A DNA stretch of 64,000 nucleotides from Rhodosorus marinus CCMP1338. Taxonomy: Eukaryota; Plantae; Rhodophyta. How positions within the stretch are numbered: the stretch's first letter is position 1; every line of letters starts with the position of its first letter. The stretch lies in contig JAMWBK010000008.1 in NCBI GenBank assembly GCA_029953675.1, positions 496,001 through 560,000 on the forward strand. Direction: 5' to 3'. Under the pieces are notes generated by a model, which was not told where the DNA came from, did no database searches, and saw nothing but the letters and a program-made list of their open reading frames with translations. The position numbers and the translations under genes are program-made. Positions 10,934 to 23,691 of the stretch are shown here, one piece after another.

Positions 10934-12440
10934 GGTCAAAGAAAGCTGCGTTAGCAGACTATCTAGACGCCCTAGGTGGTTGCGAAAGATACCTCGCAGC
11001 CAGCGGAGAAATTCTCCCCCTCACTATTGAATGTTTTGGCTTGATATATAGTGTAGGTTCTCGCTGGCTGCGAGGTATCTCAACGACCCAGGGCGTCTAG
11101 ATAGTCTGCTCACGGAGCTTTCTTTGACCCTGTGGCGTTCAAATGCTGCTTTGTTTGTAGACGCGCGTAATCATCATCATCATCATCAGCGCCTGTCTCT
11201 CGCTTCTAAGGGTAGTTAGCCTCTGAATAAACCTGATTGATCCTCGATGTGCATTGTGCGGGGCCAATATGCTTGGGGTGATTACGGTGCGCACTTGTTG
11301 GCGTCTTGTGCGGAGGTTCAAGGGGCCCGGATCAGACGCCTTACGCGGCTCAACCGAGGGCTTTTCCGCTACCTTCGTTCTCAATCGCTCGGTACGGACC
11401 GTGAAGTGGAGCATGAGGTCCCTCTGGCGGTGGCATCGGAAATTGCCGACGAGAGTGACGCCCTAGCGGTACAGCGGGTGGCGAATCTCGTTGTGTCCGA
11501 CCTAAACGCGCGTCGCAGTGAGTACATTGACCTCTCCAACCCTTGTCCTCAAGCGACCAGGTACCTGCCAGCATCCGCTCGGGGTCGAGGAATTGCAGTT
11601 CGGTCCATGCGGCAGGCATGTGAATGAATCGCACTACGCGGCAGCGATGTCAAACCCTACTTTTCGCGATTCAGCGATAACATACCTGTTTGTTCCCCTC
11701 ATTATTGAATGCCGCTTGATATATAGTAGGTTCTCGCTGGCTGCGATGTATCTTTCGCAACGACCCAGGGCGTATAGATAGTCTGCTCACGGAGCTTTGG
11801 GGGGAGTCTCAGCTCCCGTTTCTTCACGGTCATACCTGCGTATCCGCAGGCGCTTACCGATCTCGAACTTCGTGTAAGCTTACGACTTTACCTGGGCTTG
11901 CCGCAACCCCCTTGGCCTGTTGAGCGGGATTCTAGATGCGCATTGTGCGGGACCAATGTGCCGTGGGGTGATTATGGTGCGCATCTGTTGGCGTCTTGTG
12001 CGGAGGTTCAAGGGGCCCGGACCAGACGCCATACGCGGCTCAAGCGCTTGCTTTTCCGCTACCTTCGTTCTCAATCGCTCCGTACTGACCGAGAAGTGGA
12101 GTATGAGGTCGCTCTGGCGGTGGCATCGGAAATTGCCGATGAGAGTGACACTACAGCGTGTGGCGCTCCAATTCTGCTTTGTTTGTGGACGCGCGTCATC
12201 AGCGTCTTGTCTCTCGCTTCTCAGGGTAGTTAGCCTCTGAATAAACGGATCATCATCGAGCTTTCTTTGACCCTGTGGCGCTCAGATGCTGCTTTGTTAC
12301 TAGACGCGCATCAAGGGCGTCTTGTCTCTCGCTTCTCAGGGTAGTTAGCCTCTAAATAAACCTGATGAGTATACGACAATTGCCAGGACTCCCGATTCCG
12401 GGAGTACGGACGCCGGAGAGGTGTACTATGTCGGTACAAA

Positions 12441-12960
12441 CGATGATGATCCGTTTATTCAGAGGCTAACTACTCTGAGAAGCGAGAGAGTAGACGCTGA
12501 TGACGCGCGTCCACAAACAAAGCAGAATTGGATCGCCACAGGGTCAAAGAATGCTCCGTGAGCAGACTATCTAAACGCCCCGGGTCGTTGCGAAACAGAG
12601 CTCGCAGCCACCGAGAACCTACACTATCTATCAAGCCAAAGCACTCAATAATGAGAGGCACGAACCGGAATGTCACCGCTGAATCGCGAAAGGTAGGGTT
12701 TGACATCGCTGCCGCGTACTGCGAATCTTTTACTTGCCGCATGGACCGAGCTGCAGCTCCTCGACGCCGAGCCGACGCAGGCAGGTACCTGGTCGCCTGA
12801 GGACAAGGCATGGAGAGGTCAATGTACTCACTGCGACGCGCATTGAGGTCAGTCACAACGAGATCCGCCACCCGCTGTACCTCTGGGGCGTCACTCTCAT
12901 AAGCAATTTCCGATGCCACGGCCAGAGCGACCTCATACTCCACTTCTCGGTCCGTACCGA
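12441..12960 (-). mobile_element. Family 1 3' fragment (RLE plus tail)
   Basis: ORF 12470-12973 encodes the RLE domain. The tail appears as GATGATGATCCGTTTATTC at ~12442. Confidence 0.9.
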
Positions 12961-13180
12961 GATATTGGTACAAACCGCGTACAAAGATTCCACCATTCTC
13001 CGACTTCGACTGGGCTGGTGCAACGGCGACATAAAGAGATCTGCACTGAGCTGGCGCGCTGCCTCAACATCCTGCAGTTTAGGGATGTTCAGCAAGAACC
13101 TACAGATTACTTGACAAACTCGAATTTGAGACCGATCTGGTTGGTGTCGATCCACCCACGAACAGCGCAAACAAAGATTT
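12961..13180 (+). mobile_element. Fragment of a third RLE-type retroelement family
   Basis: Translation VQRRHKEICTELARCLNILQFRDVQQEPTDYLTNSNLRP shows the RH...EP...LRP(D) pattern of an RLE start and differs from families 1 and 2. Confidence 0.6.
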
Positions 13181-13289
13181 ATGATGATGATCGATGATGA
13201 TGATCAGTCTAGTTTTTTTTGCGATCGATGTGACGGTGGTGTCACCCCTACTGACGAGCACCGATAATACTTCTACGCTTCCCCGAACC

Positions 13290-13860
13290 ATGACCCTGCT
13301 AGCTGCCGAGATCTAGAACCTGCTCCGCACTGTCTCGGAGAACTTGCCCGCAGATTGCTCGCCTTCCCTAGCCCACGGCGCCACATGGGACGGACTCCTG
13401 AACCCGAGTCCTGTGCAACGCCCACTGCCGTCAACTGAGACCGCCGAAGACAACCCACCACGGCCTTTAACCCACGTGCATGCGCCTTCTCCAAAGCTCC
13501 GCATCAGACAGCGTACAGGGCGATAGTCGACAAGCCGATGGTCCCAGTCTACATGCGAGCTCTGCCTCGATCAGTAACCGGTGGCGCAAGCGGTCCCTGG
13601 CTTCGCGATATTCCAACAGTCCGCGCACTCTCCGTCACAAGGCATAAACTCATCGTGAAGATCCTTGGAATGCCGCGTTCATCAAGCGCAGCCCGCGCCC
13701 TGCCCCTCCTGCAGAACGACCCATGACATCTCCGGTTATCAACTCCTCCCTCGTTGCTCCCGCTCCCTACGACTGCGGGGGAGCGGTAGGAAGTGTGGAG
13801 GAGTCGATAACCGTAGTCGTCACGGATCCCCATCCATCGACACCACGAGCTAGTGCGGAC
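13290..13860 (+). mobile_element. Family 2-like fragments (pre-CCHC and CCHC), last part inverted
   Basis: GASGPWLRDIPT and CPSCRTTHDISGYQLLPRC on +. The - strand at 13790-13860 reads DDYGYRLLH. Confidence 0.7.
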
Positions 13861-14159
13861 CACCGTCTCTCGCTTCTTCACGGAGCTTTCTTTGACCCTG
13901 TGGCGCTCCAATTCTGCTTTGTTCGTGGACGCGCGTCATCAGCGTCTTGTCTCTCCCTTCTCAGGGTAGTTAGCCTCTGAATAAACGGATCTCAGGGTAG
14001 TTAGCCTCTGAATAAACGGGATGGCATGCTTTATACGCCACCCCACCAAGGAAGCCACCTCGCCAAGAAACTCGTAGGCCGGCACCAGATCGTCAGGGGT
14101 GCCAAGGAGCGTCACATCGTCATGGAAGGCGACTACACTACACGCGGCTACACTACACA

Positions 14160-15052
14160 AAAAAACTTTTCCTCGGACATACATCGCGACTCGTACGCCA
14201 CCCTTCTAGGTGGTTCAGCTTCCTCTCCGCCTTCGACTTTGGCTCGCCTTCGTGCTTTGGGGGGTAGCCTCAGCTCTCACTTCTTTACGGTCATTCCTGC
14301 CTACCCGCGGCTAGTGATAACAGACTTCGAGATGCGCACGAGCTTACGTTTGTACTTTGGCTTGCCCCAACCGCCATGGCCCGCGGCTGGGGCCTCGAGT
14401 TGTAACCTGTGCGGTAGCCACGTGCCGTGCGGTGAATTCGGTGGACACCAGGGGTTGGCGTCCTGTCCGCAGGTCCAGGGGGCCCGGACTCGTCGGCATA
14501 CGCGGCTCAACCGGTTGCTGTTTCGCTATCTTCGTTCCCAGATGCTGGGCACGGACCGGGAGGTGGAGTATGTGGTCCCTCTGCCCGTCGCCACGGCAAT
14601 TACTGATACGGCTGACTCACCAGGGGTGCAGCGGGTGGCGGATCTAGTGGTAACTGATCTCAGCGCCTGTCGGAGTGAGTACGTTGACCTTTCCATTCCT
14701 TGTCCTCAGGCGACCAGATACCTACCCGCATCTGCACGCTGCCGTGGCGCTGCGGCTCGGTCAATGCGGCAACTGAAGGAGTCCCATTACGCTGCAGCTA
14801 TGTTGGACTCTACGATCCGCGATTCGGCCTTGTCCTATCGGTTTGTTCCACTCATCATCGAGTGTTTTGGTTTAGTTGATTGTGTCGGCTCTCGCTGGCT
14901 TCGTGGGCTCTTTCGTCACAGCCCAAGTCGTCTTGATAGCCTCCTCACGGAGCTGTCCTTAACTTTATGGCGTTCCAACGTGGCTTTACTGTTCGACGCG
15001 CGTCATCAGCGTCTTGTTTCTCGCTTCTCAGGGTAGTTAGGCTCTGATAAAC
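14160..15052 (+). mobile_element. Family 1 subfamily b 3' half (CCHC-RLE), open frame
   Basis: ORF 14026-15036: CNLCGSHVPCGEFGGH..LASC, RHTRL, VADLVV, FVPLIIECFG, ...HQRLVSRFSG*. It is diverged from subfamily a at the DNA level. Confidence 0.88.
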
Positions 15053-16789
15053 TGATCAGACCCGTGCGAACTGATGTTTCAGCCGCAACAGCACCAGTTG
15101 CAATCCACAGGCGTGCAGAAACGTCCTTAAGGGATCGCCCTGCTGCACACCCGTACGTGCCGCAACGCTGCGGCTCTCGGCACCCAGGGTGACAATGCGA
15201 GGCACGTGTGGCGCTTGGCCATATACGCGATGTAAGAGTGTGTTGGAAATGGTGTAGAAACTGCCGAGGATATTGACGCCGTGGCTGTGCCGTCGAGACC
15301 GCCAGAGGAGGGCGTTTCCCGGTCGGGTCCGGCCCCTTCGAGGACCGATGTAATCCAAAAAACCCTTGCGTGGGACATACATCGGGACTCGTATTGGCAT
15401 ACGAGTCCCGATGTATGTGCCACCCTTCTGAGTTTACCTTCGTACTCGGCGTCGACTTTGGCTCGCCTGCGCGGTTTCGGGGGGAGTCTCAGCTCCTGTT
15501 TCTTCACGGTCATACCTGCGTATCCGCGGTTGGCGCTTACCGATCTCGAACTTCGTGTAAGCTTACGACTTTACCTGGGCTTGCCGCAACCCCCTTGGCC
15601 TGTTGAGCGGGATTCTAGATGCGCATTGTGCGGGGCCAATGTGCCGTGGGGTGATTATGGTGCGCATCTGCTGTTCAAGGGGCCCGGTCCAGACGCCATA
15701 CGCGGCTCAACCGCTTGCTGTTCCGCTACCTTCGTTCTCAATCGCTCGGTACGGACCGAGAAGTGAAGTATGAGGTCGCTCTGGCGGTGGCATCGGAAAT
15801 TGACGATGAGAGTGACGCCCCAGAGGTACAGCGGGTGCCGGATCTCGTTGTGACTGACCTCAATGCGCGTCGCAGTGAGTACATTGACCTCTCCATGCCT
15901 TGCCCTCAGGCGACCAGGTACCTGCCTGCGTCGGCTCGGCGTCGAGGAGCTGCCGCTCGGTCCATGCGGCAAGTGAAAGATTCGCAACGCAGTACGCGGC
16001 AGCGATGTCAAACTCTACCTTTCGCGATTCGGCGGTGACATGCTGGTTCATCCCCCTCATTTTGAGTGCTTTGACTTGATAGATAGTGTAGGTTCTCGCT
16101 GGCTGCGAGCTCTGTTTCGCAACGACCCAGAGCGTTTGGATAGTCTGCTCATGGAGCTTTCTTTGACCCTGTGGCGCTCCAATTCTGCTTTGTTTGTGGA
16201 CGCGCGTCATCAGCGTCTTGTCTCTCGCTTCTCAGGGTAGTTAGCCTCTGAATAAGCGGATCATCATGTAAGAGCTGGAAGCCGGCGCAGATGACGACCT
16301 CAAGGGCGTGTGCTCTCGACACACTCTTAAACGCGTCGGTGAAATCCACCGAAAACGTGTCCAAGGGCTCATCGCGGCGACCGTCCAACTGCAGGATGCA
16401 CGTCACCAGTGCACAGACCTGAATAGCCGACACCGACCCGGGTCAACCCAAAAAAAACCCTGGCCTCCCTAGTGAGCTGACGCGATAGAAAGCGGCTCGC
16501 CGGCTTCCGCAATGCTTCGCACATCCCGATTGGGCAAAAAACAGAGTATCGCGTGTATAGTCAGTCATAGTCAGTCACGCGCTGGAGGTGGTTCATCAGC
16601 TCTTTCCAGCCGGCTTCCGTTTCTTGCGCAACCGTCATACTTCTCTGGTGAGGGGGTCAATTCTACTCGCCTTCTCACCCTGGGGTTTACTGTGAAACTA
16701 ATAACCCCGGAATGGTGTGCTACGAAAGGGATAGGGGACTCACGATAAACGGATCATCGTTTGTTGTAATATGTGACGACTACCGGAGT

Positions 16790-17150
16790 AATCACCAACT
16801 ACCTAGTACTGAGAGCACTCTCTTGGCTATTGAGGGCAACCCAGGCATTGCCTCTCCACAGCGTGCGGTTCATAGCGGCAAGGGTTCTACTGAGGGCGCT
16901 GCGGTCGGAGTCAGGTGACTCGTGAGCCGCCACCAAGGTCTGTCATCCTACGAGTCGCGAGTTTTCCATAAATCTCGAGGGCTATCAGCATAAAATCCTC
17001 TGAGTCAGCACGGCGGCGCGATATTTGCTGACTTTCCCTTGAGCGGTAGTGTGGGCAGCGAGGCCAGTTCGTGTAGCTGTATGTCGCAGGAAGGCCGCCT
17101 GGAGGGGCTGGTGACTATGACATCGAAGAATAACGGTGTGTTCGCGGGTG
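16790..17150 (-). mobile_element. Family 2 RLE 3' fragment
   Basis: The reverse strand gives PLFFDVIVTSP, KYRAAV, EDFMLIALEIYG and NRTLWRGNAW, homologous to 6650-7020. Confidence 0.75.
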
Positions 17151-18924
17151 TTTCATCGCGTTTATTCAGAGGCTAACTACCCTGAGAAGCGAGAGACAAG
17201 ACGCTGATGACGCGCGTCTACTAACCAAGCAGCATTTGAGCGCCACAGGATGAAAGAAAGCTCCGTGAGCAGACTGTCTAGACGCCCTGGGTCGTTGCGC
17301 GGAGTCACTCTCGTCAGCAATTTCCGATGCCACAGCCAGAGGGACCTCATACTCCACTTCTCGGTCCGTACCGAGCGATTGAGGACGAAGGTAGCGGAAA
17401 AGCCATCGGTTGAGCCTTGTATGGCGTCTGATCCGGGCCCCTTGAACCTCCGCACAAGACGGCAACAAGTGCTTACCATAATCACCCCAAGGCATATTGG
17501 TCCCGCACAATGCGCATCGAGAATCCCGCTCAACAGGCAAAGGGGATTGCGGCAACCCCAGGTACAGTCGCAAGCTTACACGAAGTTCGAGATCGGTAAG
17601 CGCCAACAAACTCGACGCCAGGGTTCGGCAGTCCCTGCTGCAGCCCCGTGTGTAGCAAATGGTGTAGAAACTGCCGAGGATATTGACGCCATGGCTTTGC
17701 CGTCGAGACCGCCAGAGGAGAGCGTTTCCCGGTCGGGTCCGGCCCCTTCGAGGACCGATGTAATCCAAAAAAATCTTTCATCGGACATATATCCGGATTC
17801 GTATGCCACCCTTCTGAGTTTACCTTCCTGCTCGGCGTCGACTTTGGCTTGCCTGCGCGGTTTGGGGGGGGCGTCTCAGCTTCCGCTTCTTCACGGTCCT
17901 ACCGGCGTATCCGCGGTTGGCGCTTACCGATCTCGAACTTGATCATCCGTTTATTCAGAGGCTAACTACCCTGAGAAGCGAGAGACAAGACGCTGATGGC
18001 GTTCGTGCTCGGCGTCGACTTGGGCTCACCTGCGCGGTTTTGGGGGGGAGTCTCAGCTACCGCTTCTTCACGGTCATACCTGCGTATCCGCGGTTGGCGC
18101 TTACCGATCTCGAACTTGATGATGATGATCCGTTTATTCAGAGGCTAACTACCCTGAGAAGCGAGAGACAAGACGCTGATGACGCGCGTCCACAAACAAA
18201 GCAGAATTGGAGCGCCACAGGGTCAAAGAATGCTCCGTGAGCAGACTATCTAAACGCCCTGGGTCGTTGCGAAACAGAGCTCGCAGCCAGCGACAACCTA
18301 CACTATCTATCAAGCCAAAGCACTCAACATGAGGGGGACGAACCGGTATGTCACCGCCGAATCGCGAAAGGTAGGGTTTGACATCGCTGCCGCGTACTGC
18401 GAATCTTTCACTTGCCGCATGGACCGAGCTGCAGCTCCTCGACGCCGAGCCGACGCAGGCAGGTACCTGGTCGCCTGTGGACAAGGCATGGAGAGGTCAA
18501 TGTACTCACTGCGACGCGCATTGGGGGTCAGTCACAACGAGATCCGCTACCCGCTGTACCGCTGGGGCGTCATTCTCATCAGGAATTTCCGATGCCACCG
18601 CCAGAGCGACCTCATACTCCACTTCTCGGTCAGTACGGAGCGATTGAGAACGAAGGTAGCGGAAAAGCAAGCGGTTGAGCCGCGTATGGCGTCTGGTCCG
18701 GGCCCCTTGAACCTCCGCACAAGACACCAACAGATGCGCACCATAATCACCATTGGTTGATAGTGTAGGTTCTCGTTGGCTTCGTGAGCTCTTTCGTAAC
18801 TACCCAGGTCGTCTTGATAGCCTCCTCACGGAGCTGTTCTTGACCTTGTGGCGTTGCAACGCTGCTTTATTGTTGGACTCCCGTCATCAGCATCTTGTTT
18901 CTCGCTTCTCAGGGTAATCTAGAA

Positions 18925-19345
18925 AACCGCAGGGTTTTGGATTGTGATTGTGGTCTGGAGTTGGGTTTGGCGCATTTTTGGGTGCCTAAGTGTTCTTTCG
19001 TGGGAGGCGCTGCTTTGAGCGGTCTTTCCCCCGCTTGTTTCTCAGTCTGTGTAAAACGGTTGGTGGTTATTAGGGGGTTTTGACGTTCTCCGGGGGTTGC
19101 GGAGGTGTTTCTCTTTTTCTTCGGGTGGGTTCGAGTGCGTTTTTGGCGGGGATTTCCCTTGGACTCAGAAGGTGCCTGGTGGTTGTGCTCTTCTACGGCG
19201 TTCTTTCGCGGTCCCCCTCGTGATGGCGGCGTCGAGCACCCCACCGTTGTCGGTGGAACTCCGGCTTGGGCGATTTGGCACGCTCGCCGCGCTGCCAGGT
19301 TGCTCCAAGGCTACCGCAGAGGTCATAGTCATTCATATTGAGCGC
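18925..19345 (+). mobile_element. Putative 5' UTR and ORF start of a retroelement (copy 1)
   Basis: Near-identical to the reverse complement of ~24815-25222. An ATG opens MAASSTPPLSVELRLGRFGTL. Confidence 0.6.
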
Positions 19346-19474
19346 TGTTGATGATGATCCGTTTATTCAGAGGTAGTTATACCCTGAGAAGCAAGACGCT
19401 GACGACGCGCGTCCAAAAACAAAGCAGAATTGGAGCGCCACAGGGTCAAAGAAAGCTCCGTGAGCAGACTACCT

Positions 19475-21015
19475 GTTTCTTTTTCCTCGGCTAGTGCTCA
19501 CTGTCTCCCAGGGGCGCCATGCCTGTCCCATTAGACGTGAAGTCCAGTCTTTTCTCGCAGGGGACTTTGCTTTCCTGGAATCTTTGTACCTTGCTAGTGT
19601 GTCTACTTCCTCTTTGAAGTCGAACGACTTCGCCTCCTCTCGTTCTCATCGCCAGGCTAGGGCAAAGGCAGCAGTGGCACAGGGGGATATTCGGCGGGGG
19701 GCGGCCATTCTACAGCAACGCGTTTCAGTCGAGCGTTATCGAACTGACTTGGCTGACACAGTTGCCGCGTTGTTTCCTGCGCACGACGCGAATTGGAACC
19801 CTGCGTTCCAGCGTGTCTTAGATCCTTATGTCGCCTCCACGATTGACACGGGCAGGTTGCTTGGTTCGGCCTGAAGAGGTTTTGGCTCTTCTTGGGTCCG
19901 CCCCGAAGGGTCGTGCACCGGATCCCTCAGGTCTCCGGGTTGAGCTTTTGCACTGGTTGGGCGAGGAGGGCCTCGACGCCCTTGCGCGAGTGGTGGAGGG
20001 TCTTGTAAATGGGGACGATTTTTGCATCGATGCCTGGGCCCTACTGTCGCGGTCGCACCTGGTGCTACTCCGTAAGCTTGGGCATTCGCGCCAGACGCAA
20101 TCCCTACGCCCCATCGGGATGTGCGAGACCCTGCGCAAGTTAGCGAGCCGTTTTCTGTCTCGCACGCTCACTAATGAGGCACGGGGTTTTTTCGGCCTGA
20201 CCCAGGTGGGTGTGGGCTATTCGGGCGGCTGTGAGCTGGTGACTCGCATCATGCAGTCGGACAGCCTCGGGGAGGAGCCTTTCGGTACACTTTCGGTCGA
20301 TTTTGCGAACGCCTTTAACAGCGTGTCGCGTGTTCACGCGCTCGAGGTGGTTCGTCAGCTCTTCCCTTCCGGTTTCCGTTTCGTGCGCCGGGTCTACGGG
20401 GAGGGGCCAACTTGCCCTCGCCTTGTCACCTTGGGTGCAGACAGCCAGAGCTTTGTGTCACAGACGGGTGTTCAGCAGGGAGACCCCTTAGGGCCTCTTC
20501 TGCACGCACGTGGATTGCAGTTGGCGCTGTTGCGCGTGCAGCATCAGTCCCCGCGGGTCCGCGTCGTCGCCTTCCATGACGATGTGACCCTTCTCGGGAC
20601 TCCTGATGATTTGGTGCAGGCGTACTCCCATCTGGGCGAGGTGGCGTCCTTGATAGGCGTACGGATCGATCACGGCAAGTGTGACTTTTGGGGAGGCCCT
20701 CAGTGTGCTACGGCCCAGGTTCCCTCTCTCTGTTCCGGGACATTTGGCGTCCCGAGGGCCTCATTCTATTCGGTGTCCCTGTGGGCACTGCGAGTTTCGT
20801 GGAGCGCAACCTTCGAGCGCGGCTGGGCCGCCACGATGAGCTCTTGAATGAGCTGTGCCGCCTACCGGAGGGGTACCTCCAGATCGCTCTGCTCCTCTTC
20901 AGGTTCAGTGCGTGTCAACGCCTGAACTATTTTCTGCGGCAGCTCCCTTCGACGTAGGGGCCTTGGCTAGCCCTTCGCGCTGATCAGCGTGCGAGGGACG
21001 TTTTGAGCACACTGG
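19475..21015 (+). mobile_element. Family 1 subfamily b RT domain, frameshifted
   Basis: ORF 19828-20847: LRPIGMCETLR, VDFANAFNSVSR, GVQQGDPLGPLL, VAFHDDVTL, GVRIDHGKC. Confidence 0.9.
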
Positions 21016-21099
21016 TGATAGATAGTGTACGTTCTCGCTGGCTGCGAGCTCTGTTTCGCAACGACCCAGGGCGTTTAGATAGTCTGCTCACCGAGCGGA

Positions 21100-23684
21100 T
21101 TCGCATCCCGTAGACGCTTCCTCCGTGGTGAGGGAGCAGGATGTTTGAGTCTTTTAGGGAACATTGCGAGCATCCTGCTTTCTTTCCGAGCCCAGGTAGC
21201 TTTGAGGACTGGCGTTCTCGCCTTTTCTCTTGGTTCGAAGGTTTTGTTGGGCGTTTTCCTTCTGGGGATATCCCTCTTTGCCCTCGTTCGCCCCCAGCCT
21301 CTCTCCCTCGTCGTTTGCGCAGGAGGGTTTCTTTTCTTTTGGATTTCCTGCTTATGGATGTGGCCGACCATCCTCAAGCAGCACTTGCTTGGAAGCTTTT
21401 GTTTGTTTTTCCTCGGCTAGTGTTCACGGTCTCCCAGGGGCGCGATGCATGTCCAACTAGACGCAAAGTTCAGTCTTTTCTGGCGGGGGACTTTGCTTTC
21501 TTAGAATCTTTATACCTCGCTAGTGTCTCGTCTTCCTCTTCGTGCGGGACTTCACCTTCTTCTCGTTCCCGTAGGCAGGTATGGGCAAAGGCAGCAGTGG
21601 CACAGGGGGATATTCGGCGTGGGGCGGCCATCCTCCAGCAAGGCGCTTCAGTCGAGCCGTATCGGACTGACCTGGCTGATCCAGTCGCCGCGTTGTTCCC
21701 TGCGCGCGACGTGAGTTGGAACTCTGAGTTCCAGCGTGTCTTAGATCCTTTTGTCGATTTCTCACGCGGTAGGGTTCGGTTGCTTGTTCGGCCGGATGAG
21801 GTTCTGGCTCTGCTTAGGTGCCTCGAAAGGTCGTGCACCTGGTCCCCCCCCCGGACTCCGGGTCGAACTTTTTCACTGGTTGGGTGAAGAAGGGCTGGAC
21901 GCCCTTGCGCGGGTACTGGAGAGTCTTGTCAATGGGGACGATTTTTGGGCAGAGGCCTGGGCACTATTGTCGCGCTCCGAACTGGTCCTCTTGCTGGACA
22001 TTCAGGCCAGACACCTTCCCTTCGGCCAATCGGGATGTGCGAAGCATTGCGGAAGCTGGCGAGCCGCTTTCTATCGCGTCAGCTCACTAGGGAGGCCAGG
22101 GGTTTTTTTTGGGTTGACCCAGGTCGTGTCTCGAGCACACGCACTTGAGGTAGTTCGTCAGCTTTTCCCCTCTGGCTTTCCGTTCTTACGCCGCGTATAT
22201 GGTGAAGCGCCGAACGGGCCCCGATTTGTCACCTTGGGTGCCGAGAGCCACACCTTTGCGGCTCATACGGGTGTGCAGCAGGGCGATCCCTTTGGGCCGT
22301 TCCTGCACGCCTGTGGATTGCAACTGGTGCTGTTGCGGCTGAACTGAAACATCAGTTCCCGCGGGTCCGTGCGGTCGCCTTCCATGACGATGTGACGCTT
22401 CTTGGCACTCCCGACGATCTGGTGCCGGCCTACGATTTTCTCGGCGAGGTGGCTTGGTGGGGCTGCGTATCAACCACGCCAAGTGCGACTTCTGGGGGGG
22501 GTCTCACTGCACCGCGGACGCGGTTCCATCCAGGTTCCGAGATATTCGGCGAGCTGAGGGCTTCCTTCTGTTCGGTGTCCCCGTAGGCACTCCGATATTT
22601 GTTGAACGCAGCCTCTCCGCGCTCCTGAGTCATCATGATGAGCTCCTGACTGAGCTGTGCAGTCTCCCAGAAGGTACCTCCAGACCGCTCTGCTCATCTT
22701 CCGGTTCAGCGCGTGCCAGAGGCTTACCTATTTTTTGCGGCAGCTACCCTCCGAGTGGGGGTCTTGGCTGGAGCTCCGCGCAGACCGAGGAGCGAGGGAC
22801 GTGCTAGGCACGCTGATGGATGCTGAGCTATCTGTTTTGGGGGATGCAGAAAAGGACGTCCTTCACCGGCAGATCGCGTTGCCCGTGCGGCTGGGCGGGC
22901 TGGCTGTGGGATCTTACGCAGAAACTGCCGAGGATATTGACGCCGTGGCTTACCGATCTCGAACTTCGTGTAAGCTTACGACTTTACCTGGGCTTGTTGC
23001 AACCCCCTTGGCCTGTTGAGCGGGATTCTAGATGCGCATTGTGCGGGGCCAAGGTGCCGTGGGGTGATTATGGTGCGCATCTGTTGGCGTCTTGTGCGGA
23101 GGCTCAAGGGACCCGGACCAGACGCCATACGCGGCTCAACCGCTTGCTGTTCCGCTACCTTCGTTCTCAATCGCTCGGTACGGACCGAGAAATGGAGTAT
23201 GAGGTCGCTCTGGCGGTGGCATCGGAAATTACTGATGAGAATGACGCCCCAGCAGCGGGTGGCGGATCTCGTTGTGACTGACCTCAATGCGCGTCGCAGT
23301 GAGTACATTGACCTCTCCATGCCTTGTCCTCAGGCGACCAGGTACCTGCCTGTGTCGGCTCGGCGCGAGGAGCTGCAGCTCGGTCCATGCGGCAAGTGAA
23401 AAAGTCGCAGTACGCGGCAGCGATGCCAAACCCTACCTTTCGCGATTCGGCGGTGACATACCGGTTCATCCCCCTCATTATTGAGTGTTTGGCTTGATAG
23501 ATAGTGTAGGTTCTCGGTGGCTGCGAGCTCTGTTTCGCAACGACCCAGGGCGTTTAGATGGTCTGCTCACGGAGCTTTCTTTGACACTGTGGCGCTCCAA
23601 TTCTGCTTTGTTTGTGGACGCGCGTCATCAGCGTCTTGTCTCTCGCTTCTCAGGGTAGTTAGCCTCTGAATAAACGGATCATCA
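21100..23684 (+). mobile_element. Second near-complete family 1 element with internal deletions
   Basis: Highly similar to 7853-10838 and extends ~200 bp further 5' (MFESFREHCEHP...). Two deletions lie near 22920-22950. It ends in AATAAACGGATCATC at 23684. Confidence 0.92.
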
Positions 23685-23691
23685 ACCAAGA

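Noticed and set aside
22915-22955. Internal deletions in the second full element as spliced introns
   Set aside because: The boundaries lack GT-AG. At least one shows short microhomology instead.
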